Source: Octopus bimaculoides
Taxonomy: Eukaryota
Length of the DNA stretch: 64,000 nucleotides
Direction: 5' to 3'
Assembly: GCF_001194135.2 (NCBI RefSeq)
Contig: NC_068992.1
Location: forward strand, 52,117,551 to 52,181,550
The notes below the pieces were generated by a model. That model had not been told where the DNA came from, ran no database searches, and was given only the letters and a program-made list of their open reading frames with translations. Numbering within the stretch: the stretch's first letter is position 1; the number at the start of each line of letters is the position of its first letter. The translations under genes were made by a program, and so were the position numbers. Below are positions 12,541 through 26,414 of this stretch, in pieces.

Positions 12541-12950
12541 CTTTTTGACTGTGGCCATACTGGAGCACCGCCTTTAGTCAAGCAAATCAACCCCAGGACT
12601 TATTCTTTGGAAGCCTAGTACTTATTCCCTCGGTCCTTTTTGCCGAACCGCTATGTTACNNNNNNNNNNNNNNNNNNNNNNNNNNNNNNNNNNNNNNNNN
12701 NNNNNNNNNNNNNNNNNNNNNNNNNNNNNNNNNNNNNNNNNNNNNNNNNNNNNNNNNNNNNNNNNNNNNNNNNNGGGCAAACACAGACATACAAACACAT
12801 ACACACATACATATATATATACATATATACGATGGGCTTCTTTTAGTTACCATCTACCAAATCCACTCACAAGGCTTTGGTCAGCCCAAGGCTATAGTGG
12901 AAGACACTTGCTCAAGATGCCATGCAGTCGGACTGAACCCAGAACCATGT
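12541..12950 (-). mobile_element. SINE family A with an assembly gap (N 12660-12774), head truncated
   Basis: Reverse complement aligns by eye with 52050-52480 across both halves. Confidence 0.9.
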
Positions 12951-13345
12951 GATTCCTGTGACAAAATTTACTCTTTTATACATTGACACAGTAAATATAT
13001 AGCCATTTTGATTTTTGGCAAAAAAAATATATACAGATGCATTTGCCTTGATTCTGCCCTTCAGTACTATTGCAGATTAAAGGAAAACTATTTTGCTATT
13101 AAATCTGCTGTAATAGAGAAACATAGAAATGCTGAATCAAAAGAAATACATATAAACACATCCAGGATTTAAAATTAATAGATATGTGAAAAAGTATTCA
13201 CATACAAACAAATATTTGTCAGATGAAGTTTATACAAATATCAAACATTGAAAGAGAAGTCTAATGATTTAACAGATCAAGAAGAAAAAATAAAGTTAAA
13301 AAGCAGCTATAGCTTATAATATCAAAAAAGTATAAATGCTGTCAA

Positions 13346-13748
13346 TACTCTTATACTTGTTTCAGTCATTTGACTGTGGCTATGCTGGAGCACCGCCTTT
13401 GGTCGAGTAAATCGACCCCAAGACTTATTCTTTGTAAGTCTAGTACTTATTCTATCGGTCTCGTTTGCCAAACTGCTAAGTTACGGGGACGTAAACACAC
13501 CAGCATCGGTTGTCAAGCGATGTTGGAGGGACAAACACAGACACACAAACATATACACACACACATACATACATATATATGCATATATACGACGGGCTTC
13601 TTTCAGTTTCTGTCTACCAAATCCACTCGCAAGGCTTTGGTCGGCCCGAGGCTATAGTAGAAGATACTTGCCCAAGGTTCCACGCAGCGGGACTGAACTC
13701 GGAACCATGTGGTCAGTAGGCAAGCTACTTACCACACAGCCACTCCAC
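13346..13748 (-). mobile_element. Full-length SINE family A
   Basis: Reverse complement gives GGAGTGGCTGTGTGGTAAGTAGCTTGCC...GGTTCCGAGTTCAGTCCC...CAAATGACTGAAACAAGTATAAGAGTA. Confidence 0.92.
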
Positions 13749-13923
13749 TCCAATGTGAAACTTTAAAATATATTATGCAGTTGAAAAAGACTCAACCCTA
13801 AAGAGGTAAATACTATAGAATACTATGAAATACTATGAAGGTGTATGACCTAGTGGTTAGGCTGTTGCACTTATGATTGCTTGATTATGGCTTCAATTCC
13901 ATGACTTGGTGGCATGTAGTGTT

Positions 13924-14374
13924 TGTAGTGGCGCAAAATAATAGCCGCCATTGAGGAAGTACTATTCTGCGCATGCGCAGGGGACTTCACCACAGGAAGC
14001 CCCTCGAGTGCGCATGCGTAGTAAAACTGGTACTTAAAGAGTGAGTTTCATTTTGTTAGGCAGTTGCGCGACAGACCTTCTACGTGACAACTCCTCGCTC
14101 CTCAACGAAGCACTCTTCACCACGATGCCTTCGATGGTGATAGCTACTTGCTTCTCTGGCAGGCATCAAGGAAGCCCTTAACCTTCCAATACCAAATCAC
14201 AAGTTTATTAGTGGCTGCTAAGCTGAATGACAGGAAATGTGAAACCAAGCATCATCAAAAAAAAAACTTATTTTTATTATGTTGTAAAATTGTTCTAATG
14301 TCTCTTCATATATAGAGCTGTTGAAAGGTGATAGAGAGAGACTAAAGTCTCAATGACTATATCGAACATTTACA
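13924..14374. mobile_element. Solo LTR (Gypsy-like termini)
   Basis: 451 bp with TGTA...TACA ends and a 4-bp target-site duplication TGTT (13920-13923 and 14375-14378). CpG-rich left half. Orientation not resolved. Confidence 0.7.
13944..14020. promoter_or_regulatory. Promoter-like motif cluster inside the LTR: two NRF1-type palindromes, a YY1-type motif and GGAAG (ETS-type) sites
   Basis: GCCGCCATT at 13944-13952, perfect palindrome CTGCGCATGCGCAG at 13967-13980, TGCGCATGCGTA at 14009-14020. Motif match only; no evidence of activity. Confidence 0.4.
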
Positions 14375-15309
14375 TGTTCTTGAGCAAAGCATTTTGTTTC
14401 ATGTTGTTTCTGTCTCCCTTTTGATCAATAGGGAATGTTGGCCTGCTCTCCTAGCCAGCGGGATCGCATCATTTGAAGGCTAAAATAATGCAAAAGTGCA
14501 TTGTGACCAGTGATGTGTAACAAGATCTAATTGCCTGGTCAGTCATGTAGTCACCATTAGATACTATATAGTAGAACTTTTAAGTGTTACAATGTTAATT
14601 ACAAGAAACCAAATTCAAGGAAATATACACCTAAATTTACCACCATTCCATTTGAATTGAAGATAATCTGCATTTTTGTCAAGGTGTGTTTTAGGTATAT
14701 GAATTGATGTTGTCTTTTGAAATGTTACATCTAAAACAACTGACACTGCATTTTTGTCATCACTAATTTTTTGTAATGTGTTCAAAAATGAGAATGCCAA
14801 TTAACCTAGAAATATTTGCTTCTTAGATATAACCATTATAAATTTTGCAGAGAATCAGCAGATCAATCATTGCCATTGTAAAATATTAATTAACACTTGT
14901 GATTGAGAAAAATCAGTTAGCAATCTTATTACATATGGCGCAGTGATATTTGGCTTATCTAAGAACTAAATACATTAAAAGACATTCTGCAGAGTGAGTC
15001 AAGTGGGTTTAATGAATTGGTAGTAATTATTGATTTGGATAATGCTGGATAATTATCTCTAAATTTAGTTACCATTCGCATTATTAGAAAATATGTATAA
15101 AAGAAGTATTTAGTTTATAATTTTTTATGTGTTACCAAATCCTTGGTGACCTCACTAATGCTGGTGCAATGAAAAGAGCAGTCAGTATTTTCCCATAAAG
15201 TAGTTGGCATTGGGGAGGACATAAACTGCAGAAACAATGCGGAAGGGGATGAAGAAGGGGCACTGCGGTTCTCTAGCCTATGCTAATGTTGAAGATGTTT
15301 GCTAAAGGA

Positions 15310-15630
15310 TGGAGATGATGGTGATGATGATGATGGTGGTGGTGGTGGTGGTGGTGGTGGTGGTTGTAGTGGTGTTGGTGGTTGTGGTTGTAGTGGTGGT
15401 TGTGGTGATGGTGATGTTGATGATGATGATGATTATGACGATGATGGTGGTGGTAGTTGTGGTGGTGGTGGTGGTGGTAGTGGTGGTGGTGGTGATGATG
15501 ATGGTGGTGGTGGTGGTGGTGGTTGTGGTGGTGGTGATTGTGGTGATGATGATGATGATGCTGACGACAACGATGATGACAACGATGGCGATGAAGTTGA
15601 TGATGAATATGATGATGAGGATGATGATGA
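15310..15630. repeat. Compound (GGT)n/(GAT)n/(GAC)n repeat
   Basis: Seen directly; source of the poly-H/G/V ORFs at 15273-15683. Confidence 0.95.
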
Positions 15631-15866
15631 TGTTTTACATAATCATATAAGGCTTTAAATTTATCAATAAATATTGACTTCAAGCGTTCATACTAGTGTC
15701 TTCAGTTCTTTGTATTTTAGTAATGTAATTGAGAATCTTTTCCACCATGCCAGCAATTTCTTAACTGTCATCATAAATCCTATTGTAAGAAACATTAGAA
15801 ATTCATGATATCAGTCATTCCAGAAAAGTATGTCACCCAAGTGGCTAATGGTGTATTTCTACAAAT

Positions 15867-15913
<47 letters not shown>

Positions 15914-16016
15914 TGCATAATATAATATAATATTTATATATATATATATGTTGAAAGATAAATAGATAGATAGAGAGATAGATAGATAGTTAGCTGGCTA
16001 GATATAAAGAGAGATA

Positions 16017-16059
<43 letters not shown>

Positions 16060-16802
16060 GTGTGTTGTGTGTGTGTGTGTGTGTGTGGGTATATGCTGAA
16101 ACAGACACATGCATATACACAATTAAATAATTGTATAAAAACAAAAACTGATAAAAGCTGAAAAGTACAATCATATTCTATTTTATATGGAAATCAAGAA
16201 AGTTAAAAGACATGTTGGTCAATAGTCAAATCTGCATACTGGCAGCATTTCATTTCAGTTACAATAAAAGATAACAATATCAATATGACAAGTTTATGAA
16301 AATATACTGTTTAACCGAGCCAAAATATTACTTTCCATAAAGTTAGTTATTATATTTTTTTGGCTTCAATATGCTTTTGTGCTAGTTATTTCAATATCTA
16401 ACCTAAAGATAAGAGTGTATTGAGTGAAAGTATGATGGCATTAAAAAAGACTGTAGAAATTTGGTAAAATCATTCCATAGATTGAAAACAGCGCAAGTAA
16501 GACGCTAGACAAAATGCTTATTCCATGAAAGAAAATTTGTGAATGGGGTGTTTGAGCTTCAGTTGTCCATATATGTTTCTGCAGGAATGTACTACCATTA
16601 TTGTCTATTGAGTTTATCCTCTACCTCATTTCTATGATCACCATGGCATCCACTAATGAAAGAAAATCCACATTGGTTATTACAGCTTCCCTTAATATTA
16701 CTAAACTGTTGTATTTTTGGTTATATATTTTTTAATTATTACTGTTTACTGCCATAACCAAGTCCTTTCCCTGAGGTTGAAGGTCTTTTTTAAAAAAATA
16801 GT

Positions 16803-16930
16803 TGAAATACATCCTTTGCCTTTCATCCTTTCAGAGTCGATAAATTAAGTACCAGTTGTGTAGTGGGGTCGAGCTAATTGACTGGGCCCCTCCCCCAAAA
16901 TTTTGGGCCTTCTGCCAAGAATAGAAAAGT
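16803..16930 (+). mobile_element. SINE family C, 3' half
   Basis: TTTGCCTTTCATCCTTTCAGAGTCGATAAATTAAGTACCAGTTG...GGCCCCTCCCCCAAAATTT, as in 56930-57035. Confidence 0.85.
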
Positions 16931-17644
16931 AAAAAAAAAAAAAGAAGAATTGCTAGGGTGTTTGAATATGCTTGGCAATGTTTCTTTTAATTCTTTTCAT
17001 AATGATTTCAAACCTGGAGATTGATAAAATGATGTTTCTGGGATTGATAAGTTTGATATTATGGGGTAAATTTAATTCACTCAACTCTTGTACTCAAAAG
17101 AATTCTTGTCTAGTGCTTAAATAAGAAATCATTATTTGATGGTGTAAAAAAACACAGCAAACCTAACTTAAGAGTGCAAGAAATAAAGATTCACATTGCA
17201 TAAATGTTGATATTAAGTGTATGAACACATACACAACTCATATATACATATAGAGAAATAGATAAGTTTTTTATAAATACGACCTTTGCTTGTTTAACAC
17301 AATGAAACTACTATATTTAAATAGAATTTTTTTCTTTCAACTGCTTCAGATCAGTTTATTAAATTTGTAACATCTCAAAAGTAAGACTGAACGGAAATGA
17401 TACAAATAAATTTAATTTTATCCACTGGCTTGCAGATAAATTTCTGTAACACCATTCTCCTTGATATATTGGATAGTGGTTTGCAAAAACAAGCAATGGT
17501 TTTTTTGTCTTAATATACTAAACCATCATCATCATTGTTATCATCATTCTTAACGTGGTGGTGGGTGTGGTTGCTGCATCATTTATTGTCAGAATAATTT
17601 TGGGCATCAGAATCAGTACCAACCTCACCATCAAGTTGTTGTTG

Positions 17645-17676
<32 letters not shown>

Positions 17677-17774
17677 GGTGGTAGTGGTGGTGATTGTAGC
17701 CTTTATTATCATTGTTGTCAATGTTTTAAAGTTTGTAGTTTCTATTTCAACATAGTTTAGGAAAATATCTCCTT

Positions 17775-18030
17775 CTTCTTCTTCTGACCAGGCTATCAGA
17801 TGTTACACGTCGCTAGTTACAAAGCGCTTTGCATCATTTTGTCTGTTGAAAGACTCCACCCCTCAGGCTAGGTGTGCAGGTCAACATTCAACCCCTGATC
17901 AAAAGGGGGACTGGAGCAACGTGAAATGAAGTGTTTTGCTGAAGGACACAATGCACCACCTGGCCTGGAGATTGAACCTACGATTTAGCAATTGTGAGCA
18001 CAACAGCCTGAACACTAGGCCATGTGCCTT
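17775..18030 (-). mobile_element. SINE family B (tail type 4)
   Basis: Reverse complement has head GGCACATGGCCTAGTG..., core CACTTCATTTCACGTTGCTCCAGTCC, and a tail matching 14430-14545. Confidence 0.75.
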
Positions 18031-19314
18031 CATTAGACAAATACACCTCACAAAATAAAGCTATTCTACAATGTTCTTTATCATCTCATTTATAACATTC
18101 AGTGTTCCTGGTATGTGACCTCGCCACTTCTTTGTATTTCTTCCTTGGTTTTTACAAGCATAACCATTCTAAAACAAAAAAAAAAAAGGACACAACACCT
18201 GTTCACCTTTACTCTATACATTAAGTCAAGCTGTTAACACCCAACTCCTGTGTGAACCAACCTTTCATGTATGTTAACACTATTCATCACACAAGTCATG
18301 AATTTCTTATCTCTTTCAAGCTCTTCTGATCTTATATTCAATGCCTCTCTCTAATTGTCATGTAACAATGAGTCAACACAATATTTTTTTTCACAGTTGA
18401 ATTACTTGTTACAAATAACAGCCTCTTCTCTCTTAAATACTTTCCAACATATGTTGAAGGTAAGCTATAGCCAATTTCACTTCTGCATACAGGGGAGCAA
18501 AACCTACACTATGTCCATGCAATATCACAGTTTGGGGTAAATAAATAATGTACCAGTCTGATACTTGAGACTGATTCTTCTAATTTCTGGAAAAAATCAG
18601 ATTTGTTCAGACCTCACGAGGTGATACTCCCATACCTGGGTTGCCAACAATTCAACTTATACAGCTACACCTTCTCTTCTGCATTAGGAGAAAAATGCCT
18701 TTCACATTAGTGAGTTTCTTTGTATTACCAACTTCCTAAATGATCCAGGTTATCTGTTGATAATAAGCCTATACATAAATTGGACTGAGGAGAGGGAAAA
18801 GACAAGAGCTCTTGAAGTGAGTAGCTTATATGTCAGAGACTTAGTAGAAAGGGAGATTAATAAAATTGTCTAAGATGTCTATGAGGGGGAGGACAGATAT
18901 GAAGGCATCAAAGCAAACGAATAATTTGTTTATTAAATACAATGAATGGATTAGAAACATCAAAGAAAGCAGAGACACTGGGGAGCATAACAGTGAGAGA
19001 AAAGAAGAGGCAAACTAACTAAAATAGACATGTATAGAAACTGGACTAAACAAGTGGCCAACATTAATCTATAAGGGTCAGCTATCTTGTTCTAAGAAGC
19101 TGAGTAGTAGATTAGGGAGCAATATTCACAAATACAGTTAAGGAATTTAGGGAATGTTCTGAAAACATTGATTAAGTAAAATATAATACAAAAGTATATT
19201 CCATATATCGTTGCCTTATTTCTGTTGAAATAAAGAAATTTTGTTTCAATTTGCATTTAAATTAAAACAAATTAAAAAAAGAAATAATCAAAATAACTTT
19301 GTCATTATTTGGTT

Positions 19315-19530
19315 CATGAGCTGGCAGAACTGTTAGCACACAACACACAATTACTTCATGGTATTTCTTCTGACTTTAGGTTTGGAGTTCAAATACTACC
19401 AAAGTCAACTTTGTTTTCATTCTTCTGGGTTCAATAAAATAAGTACCAGTTGAATACTGGAGTCAATGTAATCAACTAGTTACTGTCCCCAAATTTTCAG
19501 TCCTTATCTTTATGTCTATATCAGAAAGGG
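19315..19530 (+). mobile_element. SINE family C
   Basis: TGAGCTGGCAGAACTGTTAGCAC...GAGTTCAAAT...ATAAAATAAGTACCAGTTGAATACTGGAGTC. Confidence 0.8.
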
Positions 19531-20016
19531 TTATTAATTAAGTGGGTGGTGTTTGAAATAAATTACCTCAAAATCCAAAGGAATATTTTAATTTAGATCA
19601 TTTTAAACAGAAAGTTTGAGTCAGAACAAAGAGACAGTCCCAAGCACATCAATATCAAATAGATTAAGAGTGTATTGAATAGTTAAAAATATTAATTGAT
19701 TTTCTCTGTTTTGATACTACTTTTCTGCACACTTGGGAAAAGAATATTTCAGTATATGAACCACTTACGAATTTAGAACAAGTATCATGCTTACTTAGTA
19801 TATATAGCTTCCTTATTACAATAAATTTGATCATACTTTTTGCAATGTGTACATATCAAACATGAATACTATTTCTGTTCTATAAATGACATCTTGTATA
19901 AATAGTAAAGCAGTATATGCAGATATATGCATGTACGTATAGATGTATGTACATGTATATACATATGTGCATGTGTGTGCATTTATATCTATCTCTCTAT
20001 CCCTTTTCTTTCACTC

Positions 20017-20052
<36 letters not shown>

Positions 20053-20062
20053 NNNNNNNNNN

Positions 20063-20094
<32 letters not shown>

Positions 20095-20910
20095 CTTACA
20101 CAAAATCTCTAATTAAGAACTATATAACCTGTGCATCTTTATGGCATTTTTAATATGTGTGAAAGTAATATATGTTGGTTTACTTTCTTCTGTAAGGTAA
20201 ATACAACACATGGAGAGAATATCAATGAAAATCTCTATTTAGAGAGTCGATGTGTAAGATATTTTCAGCTTCTAGAGCAGGGTGGGCCCTTGAGAGGTTT
20301 TCTATGGGCCTCAGACCTAATCTAAAAGGCATTCAGATTTAAAGCATTTGTGAGCTATTGAGTAGCTTCTTGGCTTTTACATAGTCTTTTATATCGTGGT
20401 TATTTTATAATACTTGCATTCAATTATTTTCCCTGTGTTATGATTTTCGGTTAATAACACATGAGTATTTTGCATATAAATAGTGTGAATTCAGTTATAT
20501 GTAAAGAATGTTATATTTATTTTGAAATTTTTGAAGTTAATGATGGACTTTTATCTAACCCGTGCATAAGCTAGAAGAATATATTAGAATTCTTTTACTG
20601 TTTAATGCTTTTCCTATTGCTAACCTTTGCCCATTCCTTAAAGAATGACCTTTTATATCACACGTCTTTGAAGGCATGATGTCAATGGAAAATTTGTTGA
20701 AGTAGATGGAAGAACAATGTTGCTCAGAGATGACAGCTTTTGTAGGGCAGAAATGCATGCAAATACACAGACACAGGCAAACATAAGCACACATGCACAC
20801 ACACACACACATGCATACACAGATACATCCATGCATATAAACATAAGTATATGTACTATGAAAAGTCTGAGAAGACTATTCTATCAGCTTTGTGAAACAG
20901 ACTGACTTAC

Positions 20911-20993
20911 CAAATCGTCTGGCTATAACTTGGATGATTCATGTAGCCAAGAATGAAACCAAGTTGGTAGAAAACTCTATGCTCATTGGTTGC
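20911..20993 (-). CDS. Candidate internal exon of an unidentified gene (ATNEHRVFYQLGFILGYMNHPSYSQTI), phase 0 to 2
   Basis: Acceptor ...ATAATGTTTAG, consensus donor TTG|GTAAGT, only one frame open, non-repetitive sequence. No homology recognised. Confidence 0.35.
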
Positions 20994-23900
20994 CTAAACA
21001 TTATATAAGATTTTATATAAACTGTCTCAAAGAATTCCTCCAGGATCATTGCAAGTTCAACAACAAAGTGAGTAATGAGCAGGCAAGTGAAAAGAAAGGA
21101 ATGTGAGAATGAGCACTTGGTTGTATAAATAAAGGTCTAATTGCCAATATAGAAGAACAGGAACTTTCAGGATGAAAATCGTCAACCAGCTAACACACAC
21201 ATTACAAAATTACAAATACAATCTTTAAGCAATCTTTAAGTGGGGCATGCAAAAATATGCAGGACTTTTATATTTTTGTAATATATATCTTAATGATGGA
21301 GTCTGGTATCTTTATAAGAAACCAGTTTCTTACAAGAAGAATTCCGCACTATCTTTTAAGTACTTTGTTCCTATAATAGAAGAAACTTGCCCAAGGTGGT
21401 GTGCAGTGGAATGAACCCAAAATCACCTGCTTAGGAAGCAATCTTTATAACTTCATACCCATATATCTACTATTTAACACTATTTTTGGAAGGTGGGGGT
21501 TAATGACTTCTGGGATAAATATATAGTTTGGCACTGTAATAGCAAGTCCAAAGTGATGAAAACTTCACTTTTATTTCCATTGAACCAAACTTATAACAAA
21601 ATAATAAAAGATTTTAAGACACTCTAATAAAGATTTATAGATGAGATATGATGATATATTTTCACAGAAAAGTACTGTAGAAAATTATATTGATTTTTCT
21701 GATAGGTTAATATATTATCTAGCAATTTATATGCATGACTGCAAGCTGTCTTTCAAAGAAGTTTTCAAAGATTATGAAAAGTAATGTAAATATATATGAT
21801 TTCAGAAATTATTTTCATTTTACAAATATTATAGAATTCCCTGTGTCAATTTTAAGAATTGTTTAGAGAGTTTAGGTGCAGACTAAAATTAAATCAGAAA
21901 ATATATCTATCAATATACATTAAAATCAAAAATAGACTTCAAGACTCTCCACATAGAGTTAGCCTATTTATATGGCTGCATTATGTAATATTATGTAAAA
22001 CAAAGTACCTAGTTTTCTGTTTTATGATAAGATGTGATACCTTATACAACTATATATAAAGATGTTGTGTAAAATGTCTCAACGTTTTATTATGAAATAG
22101 AAAACTAAATAATTTATTTTACACAATATAGATACTTGGGCAATTTTTTTATGTTATACCTCCAGGCTAACCAAAAGTTGTTGGTGAATTTGGTAAAATG
22201 AAACAGAAAGAAGCCTGTTGCATATTTCTGTCTACCTATTTGAAAATATATGTAGTGCAGATTTACCTTCTCAATTTCTTACACTTATCCATTTATTATA
22301 GCAGAAGACACTTGCCCAAGGTGCCACACAGTGGAACTGAACCCGGAACCATGTGGTTGGTAAGCAAGCTACTTACCACACATCCACTCCAGCGCCTATA
22401 AGTTAATTAAAAAAAAACAATGAGCAATACTCATGTTCCTTCAACACCCCTGAATGCAGCAGAGATTTTTATAGATTTATTAATCCCTGCCAGTAACACT
22501 GCAAGCAAGATGTAGATAAGGGTGAGAGTGAACCAGTAATTAAATTGAATGCTGTCAATAGTAAGAACATAACAAAAAGCACCCAGTAACCTATGGTGTT
22601 GATGGTAGTGGTGGTTGTGGTGGTAGTAGTGAAGATGTTACTGATGAGGTTAACTTAGGTGGTTTGTAAAAGTGTTAGCACTTCCATGTAAAGTTAGGCT
22701 TTTTTTTACAAACTTACTATCAATATTGATATTCTAATAATCTCAAGGAAATCACTTACAAACAGATAACAGATTATTTTAATCTTTTTACTCTTTTAAT
22801 GTTTTTTTCTTAGTTCATATTTGATCACAAGTTTTGCAGTTCAATATTGTAATAGTTCAACCACCCATGCCAGCATGGAAGGTGGACGCTAAAAGATGAC
22901 GATGACGATGACGATGATGATGATGATGATGAGCGATATTATTTCTCAGGAATAAAAATGCTGTAAATTTTCTTTTGGAAGCCATGGAATGCTGTGTCAA
23001 TACAATATCAGATAACAAAGTAAGAAATGTATGGTTTTATATTATCAATAAAACCAATGTTTGATCATATTCATTTGCAATATCTCAAAGGCAGTTCTGT
23101 TGGAAATAATCACTCTCCTCACAGCCTTGGGTCTCTCTCTCTCTCTCATTTCCTTGGCTTAATGATTTGCTATTTTGTTTTCATAGAATCAAAACCTCCA
23201 GAGACCTGCTTTCTTACATCACACATCAAGAGTACTTTAACTTATAACAATAATCATACTAAGATTACTTACTGTTTGCATACTCACAAAAGCTTGAGAT
23301 GTTTGATAAAAACAAGGATACTGCTCGATTGATATAAGTAACACTTTGAACCACATCTAGCATGATAACATGCCAACAAAACTGCCAACTTAGGAACTCC
23401 CCTCACTTCACATACAGTGGGTCAAAATTCTCTTTTCAGATATTTCTATTGCCAAATCTGATCTTAGGACTCTGTCAGGCAGCACCAAGAACAAAACTTT
23501 TTTCCAGTCTGTGATATAATTCAGGAATTGGCTTTTGTCTTATATTTTCCCTTTTCAGTACATTAATAATCTGCTTGCTGTTATCTCTTATTGTTCACAA
23601 TGTTGCAGACTTCTTAACCATCCAGTATAGATGCAAATCCAGTGCAATATAATCTAGAAAAAAAAGTCACTCATCAAAAAAATAACTGAAAATCGCTATT
23701 CATATTCCTCCATTTAATGATGACACAGAAATAAAAGGTAACATGGCATTAATCAGGAAGCTTTTCTGAATACTATCAAGATGAACTTTGCTGAAAACAC
23801 TTGAGGACATGGTGACAGCATGAAATTATAATGACATCGTAAGCTACTTCAAACTCTTTATCAAAAACACAGATGTTACGTTATGCACAACAAAATAATT

Positions 23901-24323
23901 TATTGAAAGAGTATATTCTATTATTATATTTGCCATTTAACCACACACACTATATACTTGGTCTTCACTTCAGCTTTATTCTTCTTCTTGTTTTTGGTGT
24001 ATCATCATTTATTTGTCATAAATATATGATTAATAGTACAAAAATTTTTGCTTTCTATTTTAAATCTTCCTTCACCACTTTACAGCTTTTTTTAAACTAA
24101 ATAGGATATGCCACATGTTTTATATACAAGGCTTTTCAATAGTGTTTCGAAGTATTCATCTAGATTGTACGTCTTCAAACAAATATACTGTTTCATTTAG
24201 AATATGTAAAGTGTTGATAAAATTATGGAATGAAACGTATAGAATGAGTGATTCATACTGAAACTTACAAACACTGATTTCAAATACTACTGAGGCTAAC
24301 TTTAATTTTCATCCTCTCAAGGT

Positions 24324-24715
24324 CTCATCATCATCATCATTATTTAACATCTGTTGTTCATGCTGGCATGGGTTGGACTGTTTGACCAGACCTGACAAGC
24401 AAGGGAGCTGTACCAGACTCCAGTCTGATTTGGCATGATTTTCTATGGCTGGATGCCCTTCCTAATGCCAACCACTCCAAGAGTGTAATGGGTGCTTTTA
24501 TTTGCCACCGGCATGAGTACTGTTTGAGTGACACCAATGTCTGATGTGACTATGATTTCGTTTGGCCTGATGGGTCTTCTTCTCAAACATCGTATATCAC
24601 CAAGTGTCTCGGTCATTTGGTCATTTGTCGCTGCTTCCTTGAGGCCCAGTGCTCGACAGGTGCTTTTTAAATGCCACCAGAACAGGTGCTTGCTATGCAA
24701 CATTGGCTAATACAG
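24324..24715 (-). mobile_element. Family D element containing an RTE 3'-terminus unit
   Basis: Same architecture as 360-700, including GGGCCTC...TGTTTGAGAAGAAGACCCATCAGGCCAA and the CATGCCAGCATG...GTTAAA(TGA)n tail. Confidence 0.8.
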
Positions 24716-25268
24716 ATGGATTGGAAGAACTGTAAGAACATCAAACCAGATGGTTTGCAGTATTTGTTCTTTCACTCTTAGTTCCAATCCCACCAGGGTT
24801 TACTAGATAGGGGCTAGAGTTAATCTACAACCTAGATCAACACACCCCATTTGGTGTCTTAGGTGCCTTTAGCAGAGTTCTTTCATACTAAGTTTATGAA
24901 CTAGGTCTTTAGTCAGGGGATATGTTTCTTTCATCACCGTCACCTCCACCCCCCACTAGTCTCAGAGGCCCTGCAGAGGTCATGAGCACTGCCTTTCCTT
25001 TCCTGACCAAATGATAGAAATATAAATCATTTCAAGGAAAGCCAGTATTTAATATCACCAGCAATGTTCTTAATCTTATCTTTCTAATTAAACTGCTCTG
25101 CACATGAATGCAGCATATATAAATTGTTCTCAAACATCTTGGATTAACAAGTTTCCTGTGCATTGCAGAAATATTGTAGAATTCATAAAACTTATTATTG
25201 CCACATACAATGAAAGATATGTTTTCCGTCTTGGGTAAATATGGTTCAGAATTTAAATGATATCTTAC

Positions 25269-25380
25269 TTTGTGAAAGCTCAAAATAAGATTTTCTCTGT
25301 AAATAATGCTTTTATTCAGATTTATATCTTCCGAAAAGTGTTTCATAGCATTGAAAAGAGGACTCATTGTTATATGAATT
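25269..25380 (-). CDS. Candidate internal exon (IHITMSPLFNAMKHFSEDINLNKSIIYRENLILSFHK), phase 2 to 0
   Basis: Acceptor TTATCTGTTACCTAG, donor AAA|GTAAGA; lies within the 111-codon ORF 25032-25367 and is phase-compatible with 20911-20993. No homology recognised. Confidence 0.3.
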
Positions 25381-26414
25381 CTAGGTAACAGATAATATAT
25401 TTTAAAATGTTATCTTTCCATACGGTACACAAGAGATATATTTTCATTACCTTTTTAGAATTTCAACATGATAGAACCTATAACCCAAATTTACTCTATA
25501 GCATAAGGTTGTGCATTCTAAAATATAATATTAATGGTGATAATGAAATTATGACAGGATAATGGTTGTAAAGAACTGTACCGTATTTTTAAAGTTATCT
25601 TCAGTGAACTAAGATAAAATAGTATCTTTCAGTAAAAAAGTACTAGTTATATAGTTGGTATATTCCAATCATAAACATTTTTCTGTCATAATATCATAAG
25701 AATAATAACTACATTTGCTATGAAAAAGTTAATATTGATGATTGAGTATTGACTATATTCCATATATGCATGGAGTATTTGCCTTTGCTCCAAATATATA
25801 CCCTGATATTTTCTTCTTTGGTATGTACTTGTGCTGTCACCTGTTACACTTAGTCATAGGCCAAACAAACCTTGAAGAATAAACCTCAATGATAAAATAT
25901 CCCAGCTTTGAATTGTGGGAGGTTGGTATGCAGTGACTGTAAGCTTAAGCAAACTGATTCGTTGGATCCATGCAATTTCTGTCTCACCAAAGGATGTCCT
26001 GTCTCTACTAATGAGGAAACGCAATCTATAGGAGGAATATGCAACACTCATTAGTATTAAATAGTTGAAAGGCCAAAATAAATAGAACATAAACATGATA
26101 AATGCATGTTTCAATTGTGGTTCACTAATGACACTAATCTGATAATATAGAGAAAGTGGTTCGAATCCTAAAATTTACTGCAATAATAATATTTTTTCAT
26201 CTTCCTCAAGCTTTAATTCAGCTTTAATTTTTGCAATTTCTTATCCTTGGTGTATATTCTTTCACTTTATATATGGTTGATTACAATCTGCCATAGTATT
26301 ATATTGTTTTTTTTTTTTCTGAAAAATTGTGGATGGGTGTACTAGATCTAACAAATAAGGATCATTTAAGCTGTGGCTCTCAACCATTTTTTACTTATGG
26401 TTGTAATGAACTGT

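Larger units (their letters stand above)
13843..14545 (+). mobile_element. SINE family B (tail type 4), split by a 451-bp insertion
   Basis: Head at 13843-13923 and core resuming at 14375. Rejoining with one TGTT gives GGCATGTAGTGTTCTTGAGCAAAGC, matching the family B core. Confidence 0.8.

Noticed and set aside
18637-18679. 43-nt minus-strand segment with a good branch point, acceptor and CAG|GTATGG donor
   Set aside because: All three frames contain stops; it could only be a non-coding exon and nothing else supports it.
23300-23510. Two adjacent minus-strand exon-like pieces (WKKVLFLVLPDRVLRSDL...; VVQSVTYINRAVSLF...)
   Set aside because: They need a 59-nt intron, several frames are open, and phases do not link cleanly to neighbouring candidates.
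25900-26030. Plus-strand peptide LNCGRLVCSDCKLKQTDSLDPCNFC resembling a FYVE/zinc-finger half-site
   Set aside because: There is an in-frame stop just upstream, no credible acceptor, and the RRHHCR motif is absent.
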